Source of the DNA: Candidatus Saccharimonadota bacterium
GTDB lineage: Bacteria; Bacteroidota; Bacteroidia; Cytophagales; Amoebophilaceae
Length of the DNA: 32,000 bases
Assembly: GCF_936981045.1 (NCBI RefSeq)
Contig: NZ_OW441264.1
Location: 330,001-362,000 of the forward strand
Direction: 5' to 3'
Below, in pieces: positions 18,751 to 27,023 of this stretch; the first letter of the stretch is position 1, and each line of letters begins with the position of its first letter. The position numbers and the translations under genes were made by a program. The notes beneath the pieces are model-generated. The model was not told where the DNA came from. It saw nothing but the letters and a program-made list of their open reading frames with translations, and searched no databases.

Positions 18751-19752
18751 ACCTCAGTTCGGGATTAGACGTATTGTGAACCAGTCATATATATATTAGT
18801 TATAGAAGGTTTTTTCTCTTTTAGTGCATAAGCTGTAATTCCAGCTATCAAATTGACTAGAAAATTAGGTATGCTTCTATGCCTGGCATGTTCTATCTGG
18901 CTAATATTTTTGAGCTGATCTATAATAGTTTCAATTATAGATCGTTTTCTAAGCATCAGTTTATCCCAGAGTGGCATAAAAGCATTTTTCATATTTTTTC
19001 TGATCTGGGTAATGAGTTCCACGCCTTTCTCGATCAGTTTTTTAAATAAATCTTTGCTTATGTAACCTTTATCGGCAAACATTTTACCCATCAAGTGTTT
19101 ACACAAATTTTCTACAGGAAGCCTATCATTAGTTTTACCTGTGGTCAGTTGAAAATTCATAATTTCTCCTAAATCATTGACTATCAAGTGTAACTTTAAT
19201 CCAAAAAACCAACCGGTGCTGGTTTTACCTTTAGTAGCAATCGATTTAAAAACCTTGTGCGTATAGGCTCTTTTGATATGGCAAACCTTGATGGCTGTTG
19301 CATCCATAAAATAACAACTTGTTTTTGTTCTAGAAAGACTTTGTGTAAAACAGTACAAGGGAACTAACGTTCTTTGGATCAGTTCTATAAATCTATTGTA
19401 GCTTACTAACTTTCCAAATTCACTAGAATAAAATTGCTGTAAATGAATATAATAAGACTTAAAATTTCTAAAACCAATCACATGAAAGGCAATAAGAACA
19501 GTCATTATTTCACTCAAAGTTAATGAACAAGTTCTAGTGGGTTTTCTTTTAGAGTTGGTTAACAGTTGTTTTTCCATATACGGCATAAACTTTATGAGAA
19601 ATTCATTAACAGCATAATATATTTCAACTAACTTTTCTACATTCATAACTGGCTCCTTTGGATAATCTGGTTAGTATTTTTTTATCTCCAAATTTAAAAC
19701 ACAAAGAAGCTTTTTAAAGCTATTTTTTAACAAGCTAATCCCGAACTCAGGT
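18751..19752 (-). mobile_element. IS982-family element, copy 3 (1002 bp, intact transposase, no target duplication)
   Basis: It has the same termini as copy 1. Flanks are ...CTATTA on the left and ATATAG... on the right, which do not match. Confidence 0.88.
18765..19646 (-). CDS. IS982-family DDE transposase
   Basis: A 293-aa intact ORF with about 11 amino-acid differences from the copy 1 protein by eye. Confidence 0.8.
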   Translation of the reverse strand: MNVEKLVEIYYAVNEFLIKFMPYMEKQLLTNSKRKPTRTCSLTLSEIMTVLIAFHVIGFRNFKSYYIHLQQFYSSEFGKLVSYNRFIELIQRTLVPLYCFTQSLSRTKTSCYFMDATAIKVCHIKRAYTHKVFKSIATKGKTSTGWFFGLKLHLIVNDLGEIMNFQLTTGKTNDRLPVENLCKHLMGKMFADKGYISKDLFKKLIEKGVELITQIRKNMKNAFMPLWDKLMLRKRSIIETIIDQLKNISQIEHARHRSIPNFLVNLIAGITAYALKEKKPSITNIYMTGSQYV

Positions 19753-20337
19753 ATATAGACTATGAAATCTGACTTCCTTACATTGCTTGGATTTAAGATA
19801 TAGAGTTCTTTGGAGTTGCTGAACTTTTAATGTTCCGTTCATAGCTTTAGGGCAATCAGACATTCTCAACTCTTTTAAACTCGTTAACTGAAGTAGGGTC
19901 CCTTTCCTCTTGAGTGGTTTCCCAATCAATACGAACGGTATTATGGACCCCGCGGACTTCTGATATGACCCTTATTGATTTCGTTTTACTTATACAATAA
20001 AGTTTTCAGTGGCCTACTGGATTCATATCAGATCTCCCGGACTACGATGTGAAACATTCATAGCGTGCAACCCCTAACACCCCGGTACTTGTATGATAGT
20101 CATGGTCTATTTTTTACATCCTACTATCAGCCTTCCTGTAGCCACTAGACAGTCGGCAAATGCGCTTAAACGGCTTAACGAGGCTAATTTAGGTTCACTT
20201 TTGTTGCAGCCCGCTATTTTGCAGATGCATTTAAAGGTAACTTAAACCTGTGAATCACCCCACAAATCCAACCTCCTGCTAGACTCCCGAAATAGACAAA
20301 TTAGAGTCAGGGGACTTACACCCCATTTGTTGCACAC
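19753..20337 (-). mobile_element. Group II intron 5' fragment, copy A (ribozyme 5' domains plus the first ~60 codons of the RT, truncated by IS982 copy 3)
   Basis: It is the reverse complement of 27702-28290, about 97% identical by eye. ORF 19747..19929 is the N-terminus of the RT seen at 28110..28799. Confidence 0.6.
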
Positions 20338-20960
20338 CTGTTCCGGCGTGCAATGACTGCAGACTTAAAACACTTAAAACTAAGCATAGGTTTTAGCCGT
20401 TTTTTGATAAACCTATGATCTTGTTCAACTCTATTATTCAAGTATTTGTTTTGAAATATTTGAATGGTATGATCTTGATCAAGTTCTGTATTGATCGTAT
20501 CAAAGGCAGCTTTATTACTACCGCTTTTGTCAATTACTACTTTCTTAAGAATATTATTTTCTGTGATCGCCTTACGAAAAAAAGAAAAAGTTGCAGACTT
20601 GTCTCTATGCTCAGATAGAAAAAAGTTAACTGTATCACCATAACGATCTACTGTTCTATATAAATAGATCCACTTCCCGTTTAGTTTAATATAGGTCTCA
20701 TCGATTCTCCAACTACCACCAACTGGTCGTTTTCTTTTGCTTACTGCTTCATCTATAAGAGGAACAAACTTAATAACCCATCTTTGTAGCGTAGAACGAT
20801 CAACTCTTGCGCCTCTCATACGCATCATATCTTCCAAATCTCTATAGCTCAAGGAAAAACGACACTTCATCTAGACAAATAACAGGATGACTTCTGCATA
20901 ACTACTTTTTTAACTACAGATACTAAAATAATGATTTTTTAGAATAAACGCGACAGAACC
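20316..20960 (-). pseudogene. IS6-family element left part, copy A (transposase lacks start and C-terminus)
   Basis: The terminal repeat GGTTCTGTCGCGTTTATTC (reverse complement ending at 20960) resembles the IS6-family GGTTCTGTTGCAAAG ends. The transposase core reads SYRDLEDMMRMRGARVD...WRIDETYIKLNGKWIYLYRTVD...VEQDHRFIKKR. A 55-bp deletion relative to copy B removes the start codon. Confidence 0.75.
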
Positions 20961-20963
20961 GGG

Positions 20964-21052
20964 TGGAGCAGGGGGGATTCGAACCCCCGGTACCCTTTTA
21001 GGGGTACACCCACTTTCCAGGCGGGCACCTTAAGCCACTCGGCCACCACTCC
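20964..21052 (-). tRNA. tRNA-Ser (anticodon GGA), long variable arm, CCA not encoded
   Basis: The reverse complement is GGAGTGGTGGCCGAGTGGCTTAAGGTGCCCGCCTGGAAAGTGGGTGTACCCCTAAAAGGGTACCGGGGGTTCGAATCCCCCCTGCTCCA. Acceptor is GGAGTGG/CTGCTCC, anticodon stem CCCGC/GTGGG with loop CTGGAAA, variable stem GTACCC/GGGTAC, T stem GGGGG/CCCCC. Confidence 0.9.
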
Positions 21053-21133
21053 AACTGAATCTGTTCAAGTTAGTGGTAAAAAAGCATTTATATCACACTT
21101 TTTTCTTGATAAAAAAGTGTGCAAACAATCGAG

Positions 21134-21185
21134 CCCTGTGCAAAAAGTTGAGCAACTTTTTGCACAGGGGCGGTTTTTTATTTTT
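21134..21185 (+). terminator. Intrinsic-terminator-like hairpin (16-bp perfect stem, GAGC loop, T-tract)
   Basis: CCCTGTGCAAAAAGTT-GAGC-AACTTTTTGCACAGGG is followed by GCGGTTTTTTATTTTT. No plus-strand gene reads into it in the present arrangement. Confidence 0.5.
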
Positions 21186-21370
21186 CCTAGCGAGGCCATA
21201 CCGTTGAATAGATACTCCCAACTAATGGAACTAAATTTACAGCTTTTTTTCTAATTCGGAAAAAATAAAACAATTGTATGAAGCTGTTTGGTGGCTTCTC
21301 TTTTAGCAATGATAAGCATTATAATTTTTTAAGGAATCGAAAACTTTTATTGATCTAACTATTGAAGTGG

Positions 21371-21826
21371 CTATTGATACAAGTTATCAAGGTATACAAA
21401 AATTTCATATGAATGCTTCATATATTTATTCAAGCAAATATTGTATTTACTGCGCTTTATTGCAATGGTTTGGTCTGTTTTGTACAGATAGTCTACAAAT
21501 AGCATAAGCGCTTTATAGCGATGTGAAATTTTATTTTTCTGATCTTGTTCCATCATACCATAACTCATATTGTATCCTTCTGGTTGAAAAATAGATTGCC
21601 AATTGGTTTGGTTCGGTGTAGAGCTACTCGGTTTAATCATTTTTCCCTGCATATTACCAGTAAATAATTTTACAGGCTGGTTCGGGACTTCTGTATAGGC
21701 AAAAGTAGAAATTTCTGTTGCAGTTTTATCTTCAAAATTTGATAAAATTCGTATTAGTCCTTCTAATCCTATTTGCTGTATAAAGGTTTTAATGTAAGGG
21801 CCATGTAGGCCATTTAAACTATTAAA
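21371..21826 (-). pseudogene. Inosine/xanthosine triphosphate pyrophosphatase (HAM1/ITPA type), C-terminal two-thirds
   Basis: The open frame reads FNSLNGLHGPYIKTFIQQIGLEGLIRILSNFEDKTATEISTFAYTEVPNQPVKLFTGNMQGKMIKP...NWQSIFQPEGYNMSYGMMEQDQKNKISHRYKALMLFVDYL. As I recall it, this is collinear with eukaryotic ITPA (FNALGGLPGPYIKWF...GFEDKSAYALCTFAL...QPVRLFRG...FGWDPCFQPDGYEQTYAEM...KNAVSHRFRAL). It is cut at 21826 by IS982 copy 4. Confidence 0.75.
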
Positions 21827-22660
21827 ACCTCAGTTCGGGATTAGACGTATTGTGAACCAGTCATATATATATTAGTTATAGAAGGTTTTTTCTCTTTTAG
21901 TCCATAAGCTGTAATTCCAGCTATCAAATTGACTAGAAAATTAGGTATGCTTCTATGCCTGGAATGTTCTATCTGGCTAATATTTCTGAGCTGATCTATA
22001 ATAGTTTCAATTATAGATCGCTTTCTAAGCATCAGTTTATCCTAGAGTGGCATAAAAGCATTTTTCATATTTTTTCTGATCTGGGTAATGAGTTCCACGC
22101 CTTTCTCGATCAGTTTTTCAAATAAATCTTTGCTTATGTAACCTTTATCGGCAAACATTTTACCCATCAAGTGTTTACATAAATTTTCTACAGGAAGCCT
22201 ATCATTAGTTTTACCTGTGGTCAGTTGAAAATTCATAATTTCTCCTAAATCATTGACTATCAAGTGCAACTTTAATCTAAAAAACCAACCGATGCTGGTT
22301 TTACCTTTAGTAGCAATCGATTTAAAAACCCTGTGCGTATAGGCTCTTTTGATATGGCAAACCTTGATGGCTGTTGCATCCATAAAATAACAACCTGTTT
22401 TTGTTTTAGAAAGACTTTGTGTAAAACAGTACAAGGGAGCTAACGTTCTTTGGATCAGTTCTATAAATCTATTGTAGCTTACTAACTTTCCAAATTCACT
22501 AGAATGAAATTTCTGTAAATGAATATAATAAGACTTAAAATTTCTAAAACCAATCACATGAAAGGCAATAAGAACAGTCATTATTTCACTTAAAGTTAAT
22601 GAACAAGTTCTAGTGGGTTTTCTTTTAGAGTTGGTTAACAATTGTTTTTCCATATACGGC

Positions 22661-24007
22661 GGAAGTGTTCTATAAACTGTGTCACATCTCCTGTTCATCT
22701 CAACGTCTCTTTTAATCTACCGGAAAAAAAGATGTCTATCTGAGATATGGTCAACGCCCAGTTTCGCAGCGGCATAGTCCATTTATCTTCGATCTTCTTT
22801 ATGGCACAATATACTAATTTATACAAAGCATTTATACTGGTAAACGCTCCTTTTGTCTTGGTAAACTTCCTAATCTGCCTATGCAAGCTTTCTATAGGAT
22901 TGGTGGTATAAATTAGCCTTCTGACAGAATCTGAATACTTAAAATAACCAGACAAATGTTCCCAATTATTTTGCCGAGATTTGGTAACCATTGGATACTT
23001 CCCCCCCCATTTTTCTTCTAATTCCAATAGATAATGCTCAGCAACTTCCTTACTTGAAGCTTGATATATTTGCTTTAAATCAGTTAAAAAACGTTTTACG
23101 TCTTTGCTAGCTACATACTTGAGTGAGTTTCGTATCTGATGTACTACACAGACCTGCACTTGTGCATTAGGGAAAACGCTATTTATGGCTGAAGGAAAGC
23201 TTTTTAGGCCATCAACACAGGCAATAAGGATATCTTCTACACCTCTTTCCTTAAGCTCGTTAAGTACACCCAACCAGAAGTTAGTCCACTCACTTTCAGA
23301 CAAATAAAATCCCAATACTTCTTTTTTACCCTCTTGATCTATGCCTAATAAGGTATACATGCATTTGCTTACACATCTGCCATCTTCTTTTACCTTAAAA
23401 AATATCCCATCCATGAAAACTATCGGATAAACTGATTGAAGAGGGCGGTTACGCCATTCATTTATTATCGGTAACAAGCTATCTGTAATAGATGATATTT
23501 CAGCAGCTGATACTTTATGATCATAGATCTCTTCAACATGAACGGCTATAGATTTATAGCTCATACCACTAGAAAACATGCTTAAGATCTTGCTTTCCAG
23601 CTCAGGATGTAGGCTTGTTTGACGCTTTTTAACTATTTGTGGATCGAAACTACCTGTCCTATCCCTAGGAGTTAGCAGATCAAAGGAACCAGAACTTGTG
23701 CGTAAAGTTTTAGAGCTTTTTCCATTTCTTCTATTATTTTCTGTTGAATCACTAGATAAATGGTGTGCTATTTCACCTTCTAGACTTGCCTCTAGAAGCT
23801 TTTTTATCAGAGGCGTTAAAGCACCACTTTTTCCTGTTAAAGGCTTACCTAAACGGATAGAGCACAAAATATTTTCCTCCAGAAATTTGTAATCTACTAA
23901 ACCAACATAGGAATTGTTCTTATTTTCTTCCATGTCTAAAACCTTTAATGTTTATTTAATTAATTTATAACTTTTTATCGCCTTGACACAGTTTATAGAA
24001 CACTTCC
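22661..24007 (-). mobile_element. IS256-family element (1347 bp) nested in IS982 copy 4
   Basis: There are perfect 24-bp terminal inverted repeats: GGAAGTGTTCTATAAACTGTGTCA at 22661-22684 and its reverse complement at 23984-24007. An 8-bp duplication TATACGGC sits at 22653-22660 and 24008-24015. Confidence 0.92.
22695..23933 (-). CDS. IS256-family (Mutator-type) transposase, intact
   Basis: 412 aa with typical Transposase_mut layout and motifs: IVFMDGIFFKV, ILIACVDGLKSFPSAI, VQVCVVHQIRNSLKY and TTNPIESLHRQIRK. Confidence 0.9.
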   Translation of the reverse strand: MEENKNNSYVGLVDYKFLEENILCSIRLGKPLTGKSGALTPLIKKLLEASLEGEIAHHLSSDSTENNRRNGKSSKTLRTSSGSFDLLTPRDRTGSFDPQIVKKRQTSLHPELESKILSMFSSGMSYKSIAVHVEEIYDHKVSAAEISSITDSLLPIINEWRNRPLQSVYPIVFMDGIFFKVKEDGRCVSKCMYTLLGIDQEGKKEVLGFYLSESEWTNFWLGVLNELKERGVEDILIACVDGLKSFPSAINSVFPNAQVQVCVVHQIRNSLKYVASKDVKRFLTDLKQIYQASSKEVAEHYLLELEEKWGGKYPMVTKSRQNNWEHLSGYFKYSDSVRRLIYTTNPIESLHRQIRKFTKTKGAFTSINALYKLVYCAIKKIEDKWTMPLRNWALTISQIDIFFSGRLKETLR

Positions 24008-24183
24008 TATACGGCATAAACTTTATGAGAAATTCATCAACAGCATAATATATTTCAACTAATTTTTCTACATTCATAACTGGCTCCTTTGGATAATCTG
24101 GTTAGTATTTTTTTATCTCCAAATTTAAAACACAAAGAAGCTTTTTAAAGCTATTTTTTAACAAGCTAATCCCGAACTCAGGT

Positions 24184-24400
24184 ATTAAAGCTTAGCGCAG
24201 TGTCTTCTACTAATACGGTATCTCCTAATAATAGAAGAGGCGGTTATACATTTGTTAATAGCGATTTCATCCAAAGATGCTTATAGTTCTGGTAATTCTA
24301 AGGAATGGTGCACCAACTTAAAAGGAATATCATTGCCTAAAATGGCATGAACCTGTTCTAGCTTTGATAGGTTGCTGGTAACGAAGTTGATGGTTTGCAT
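24184..24400 (-). pseudogene. ITPase (HAM1/ITPA type), N-terminal third, with an in-frame TAA and a frameshift
   Basis: MQTINFVTSNLSKLEQVHAILGNDIPFKLVHHSLELPEL*ASLDEIAINKC has the TAA at 24283-24281. After a 1-nt frame change it reads GDTVLVEDTALSFN, which joins FNSLNG on the other side of the insertion. Compare the ITPA N-terminus KIVFVTGNAKKLEEV...IDLPEYQGEPDEISIQKC...PVLVEDTCLCFNAL. Confidence 0.75.
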
Positions 24401-24482
24401 AGGAAATTACGAAGTAGTCATCTACTATTTTATAATTTTTTAAATATTAAAACAACTATTGCATCGGCTCAAGATGCCTATT

Positions 24483-26780
24483 TTAGAGTATATCAGTTAT
24501 ATTTAATTTTAATTCTATAGCTGTTTTCTTTTTGTTTTCTACATCTGTTGATGCACCGCTAGTTGTATGGATCGATTGGGGATGCTGTGGTTTACCTTGA
24601 ATAATATTCTTTACCTTTTCAGATAAGGTGCGGCCCGCGATCAAAGGACCTTTTTTATAAACCAGATGGGGATCATTATATAACCTTGTAATGAATTTTT
24701 CCCATATAGGGCGAGCGGTTACACTTCCCGCCCCTAGGGAAAAATCTCTAAAATGAATGCAACGATCTTCTCCCCCTACCCAAACAGCTGTACATAGGTT
24801 TTGGATTAACCCAATAAACCAACCATCTGAGTGATTGGAAGTAGTGCCCGATTTTCCTGCTATCTCGTTGTCTGCTCTTAGTGCTATAGATACGCCATTT
24901 AGGGCACCTTCATCTAGTGAGCCTTGCAGCATATAGGTCATAAGATCAGCCGTATCTTCGTGAATGGCTTCATGGTGTTCTGGTGTAAAGGTTTGTAGTA
25001 TATTACCGTGTTTATCTTCAATATGGGTGATGAAAGAGGGTTCTGTCCAAATACCTTTGTTTAAAAAAGCACTGTATGCACCCACCATTTCATAAATAGA
25101 GGCATCACTACAGCCCAGACAAATGGCAGGAACTGGATCTAAAGGACCTTTTAGGCCCATGCGCTTGGCGTAATCTACAACCCGTTCAGGGGTAAGTTTC
25201 TTAATCAGATGAGATGTGATAGAGTTGTAGGATTGGGCCATAGCATAACGCAAGGTATATTGTTTGCCAGAGTAAGTTTTCCAGGCATTTTGCGGTGTCC
25301 AAGTTGCTCCATTAGGCTGTACAAAAGTAACGGGTTCATCTGTGACCAAGTCTGTGGGCAAGTAGCCGCTAGCTAATGCTGCCGTATAAACGATAGGCTT
25401 AAAGGTTGAACCGGTTTGTCGTTTACTTTGTTTCACATGATCGTATTTAAAATATGTGTAATCAATACCACCTACCCAAGCTTTGATATGGCCTGTATAA
25501 GGATCCATGGCCATACATCCTGCTTGTAGTATCCTTCTATGATGTTTAAAGGCTTCTAAAGGGGTTATTGTTTTTTGAATGGGGCCTTCCCAGGAAAATA
25601 ATGTGGTGGGTACAGACGTATTTAATACCTTATCGATCGACTCAGTGTCTGTTCCATATTTTTTAAGCAACTTTTGGTAAAGTGGTGTTTTTTTTATTGC
25701 GTTTTCAATATAACCTACTATATCTTTCCCATTTTCATGAACCCATGGATTTTGATCTTTCCAGTGGGCATCAAATTTATTTTGTAGCAGCCTCATTTGT
25801 TCTTTTACAGCAGCTTCTGCGTGTGCTTGAACCCGACTATCGATGGTAGTATAGATGCGTAGCCCATCTGAAAAAAGGTCATAACCATTTTCTTGCGTCC
25901 ACTTTAAGAGGAAATCACGTACTACCGCTCTAAAATAAGGCGCTATACCATTTTCATAATTTTCTTCTTGATATTGTAATTCAGTAGGTATTTCGCAGAT
26001 AAGGTCGTATTCAGATTGTTTTAGAAAATCATATTTGACCATTTGGGATAGCACTACATTTCTAATCTGGTTGGCCCTTTTAGGATGTTTTCTGGGGTTA
26101 TAGCGGCTAGGTGCACGTAATAGACCTACCAATAGCGCAGCCTCTTCTATGCGTAATTCGGCTGGTGTTTTGTTAAAAAAGGTACGTGCGGCTACTTTGA
26201 TGCCATATGTATTACTTCCAAAAGTAACTGTGTTCAGATACATGGCTATAATTTCTTGCTTGGTATAGGCGCGCTCGAGTTGAACCGCCAGAATCCACTC
26301 CTTCGTTTTCAGTATCAGTGTACTGAGTAAAGGAATGTTGGAACATTTTCCTCTGTAGTTTACCTCCTTTCTAATGTTAAAAAGGTTTTTTGCCAACTGT
26401 TGGGTAAGGGTACTGCCTCCTCCTTTATTTTGTTGCAATACAACCGAGAGAAAAAAGGCACGTGATAATCCCCGTAAATCTATACCAGCATGTTGTTCAA
26501 AACGATAATCCTCTGAGGCGATAAGCGAATGAATCATATTAGGGGAAATCTCTTCATAGGTTACAGAACTGCGGTTGTTTCTAAAGTACTTGCCTAGCAA
26601 GATGCCGTCAGCAGCATAGAGTTCAGAAGCTAATTCGCTTTGTGGGTTATCTAATAAGTCTTTTGGTGGCATGCTACCATACAAATTGTAGAAATCAACT
26701 TGAACAGAAAAAAGGTAAATAGGAATACCTATGACTACTGCTACAAAAAGTTTCCAAATTGTACGTATTATTTTTTCCAT
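24483..26780 (-). CDS. mrcA: Class A penicillin-binding protein (PBP1A-type bifunctional transglycosylase/transpeptidase)
   Basis: 765 aa with an N-terminal membrane anchor. GT51 motifs are EDYRFEQHAGID, GGSTLTQQLAKN and RKxxE-type KTKEWILAVQLE. Transpeptidase motifs are STFKP, SYN and KSGTT. Confidence 0.92.
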   Translation of the reverse strand: MEKIIRTIWKLFVAVVIGIPIYLFSVQVDFYNLYGSMPPKDLLDNPQSELASELYAADGILLGKYFRNNRSSVTYEEISPNMIHSLIASEDYRFEQHAGIDLRGLSRAFFLSVVLQQNKGGGSTLTQQLAKNLFNIRKEVNYRGKCSNIPLLSTLILKTKEWILAVQLERAYTKQEIIAMYLNTVTFGSNTYGIKVAARTFFNKTPAELRIEEAALLVGLLRAPSRYNPRKHPKRANQIRNVVLSQMVKYDFLKQSEYDLICEIPTELQYQEENYENGIAPYFRAVVRDFLLKWTQENGYDLFSDGLRIYTTIDSRVQAHAEAAVKEQMRLLQNKFDAHWKDQNPWVHENGKDIVGYIENAIKKTPLYQKLLKKYGTDTESIDKVLNTSVPTTLFSWEGPIQKTITPLEAFKHHRRILQAGCMAMDPYTGHIKAWVGGIDYTYFKYDHVKQSKRQTGSTFKPIVYTAALASGYLPTDLVTDEPVTFVQPNGATWTPQNAWKTYSGKQYTLRYAMAQSYNSITSHLIKKLTPERVVDYAKRMGLKGPLDPVPAICLGCSDASIYEMVGAYSAFLNKGIWTEPSFITHIEDKHGNILQTFTPEHHEAIHEDTADLMTYMLQGSLDEGALNGVSIALRADNEIAGKSGTTSNHSDGWFIGLIQNLCTAVWVGGEDRCIHFRDFSLGAGSVTARPIWEKFITRLYNDPHLVYKKGPLIAGRTLSEKVKNIIQGKPQHPQSIHTTSGASTDVENKKKTAIELKLNITDIL

Positions 26781-27023
26781 ATGTTATAATCTATCCGTCT
26801 AACCCTGCTTAATGAAGCAGTACAAAATACCTATAAATTTAACTTTTTTAAAAGTAAAAAATACAACATAACCGATTGGGTTCAAGCTATTTTTTCCTTG
26901 TTTACGGTTATACTAGAGCCATTGTAGAATTTTCAAAAATGATTTGATCTATCTGTTGGTTTTTTGTGCCTATAACTTTAGTGCCATTTAGCAGATGGTC
27001 TGTTGATACATTGGAACCAATCG

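Larger units (their letters stand above)
21827..24183 (-). mobile_element. IS982-family element, copy 4, itself interrupted by an IS256-family element (transposase also has a TGG->TAG nonsense)
   Basis: A 6-bp duplication ATTAAA sits at 21821-21826 and 24184-24189. The length 2357 bp equals 1002 + 1347 + 8. ORF pieces are 21841..22032, 22042..22698, and the N-terminal codons at about 24008-24078. Confidence 0.88.

Noticed and set aside
18451-18768. A 105-aa ORF between two IS982 copies.
   Set aside because: It is the continuation of the IS1634/DUF4277-type transposase N-terminus that begins at 17364. It is a fragment, not an independent gene.
21371-21652. A 93-aa ORF that could be called as a standalone small protein.
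   Set aside because: It is the C-terminal part of the ITPase pseudogene. The frame stays open upstream to the IS982 junction at 21826, with clear ITPA-type motifs.
20961-27023. The segment between the inverted IS6 copies as a functional IS6 compound transposon, or as the product of intramolecular replicative transposition.
   Set aside because: Both IS6 copies lack a right end and an intact transposase. The 8 bp outside the two inward-facing ends (GGGTGGAG and ACCAATCG) are neither direct nor inverted duplicates. I kept only the weaker recombination/inversion hypothesis.
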